Assembly (NCBI RefSeq): GCF_006345805.1
Contig: NC_042998.1
Coordinates: 203,360,001 to 203,424,000, forward strand
Reading direction: 5' to 3'
Length of the DNA stretch: 64,000 nucleotides
Source: Octopus sinensis
Taxonomy: Eukaryota
The position numbers and the translations under genes were made by a program. Under the pieces are notes generated by a model. It saw only the letters and a list, made by a program, of their open reading frames with translations. It was not told the DNA's origin and did no database searches. The stretch's first letter is position 1, and the number at the start of each line of letters is the position of its first letter. This document shows, in pieces, positions 63,601 through 64,000 of this stretch.

Positions 63601-64000
63601 CTCCTCCATTTGATAGATGCCTAGATTGGTCATCACTCGTGACGAAGTCGAACGCATTATTCAAGGCCTAGATGTCAACAAGGGTCACGGCCCTGACGGC
63701 ATACATCCACAGGTTATCAAAGCATTGGCTCCGGTCATTTGCGAACCTTTAACACTTCTATTCAATATGTCATTGGCGAAGGGTGTTGTACCTGCGGACT
63801 GGAGAACAGCGATAATCTGCCCAATTTTCAAGAAAGGGAGCCACGAAGACCCGCTTAACTACCGACCGGTTTCCCTTACATTAATAATCAGCAAGATGTT
63901 CGAAACCATCCTTAAGAAAAGTATGTAACTCCACCTCCAAAACACAGCCTCTATCTCTGATTCCCAACACGGCTTCGAGCCGAAGAGATCATGCTTGACC
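60700..64000 (+). mobile_element. Near full-length but inactivated CR1-clade LINE (ORF1, ORF2 endonuclease, start of RT), running off the window
   Basis: ORF1: coiled coil (LKQEVEHLKSVVAELQ) and RRM-type region (RSAIIYG...RPRPIRVIF...LISELKMR). ORF2: IVYTNSCSL, PDVIAITVTWL, VYRPP, LILGDFNAP, SDHAVL, GPDGIHPQVIKAL, PIFKKG..DPLNYRPVSL. Several stops and frameshifts. Confidence 0.92.

Overview
Eukaryotic, AT-rich and extremely repeat-dense DNA. The SINE/LINE families and microsatellite load point to an Octopus (coleoid cephalopod) genome; this is an inference. One protein-coding gene is well supported: holocarboxylase synthetase (HLCS, biotin--protein ligase) on the minus strand. I could join 8 coding exons (31035 down to 8742; 2022 nt, 674 codons) with GT-AG sites and matching phases, including the GKGRGGNQWLSP biotin-binding loop. 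I did not find the last exons (KWPND motif onward), so they probably lie left of the window. The likely promoter and non-coding first exon are near 44 kb, where CpG content visibly rises. Most of the rest is transposon-derived: RTE LINE fragments and many 5'-truncated RTE 3'UTRs, three tRNA-headed SINE families, CR1, L1/Tx1 and Penelope fragments, a Tc1 deletion derivative, a hAT fragment, piggyBac-type and TA MITEs, non-autonomous Helitron-like elements and long simple repeats. The most interesting oddities are a minimal type-I hammerhead-ribozyme-like motif with a non-canonical core (two copies), a SINE-internal microsatellite repeatedly hit by other elements, nested TTAA MITEs, SINE multimers sharing one junction, and a few unassigned exon-like segments. 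I found no convincing new multi-gene system. Repeat coordinates are read by eye and are approximate (about +/-20 bp) unless TSDs or TIRs are cited.
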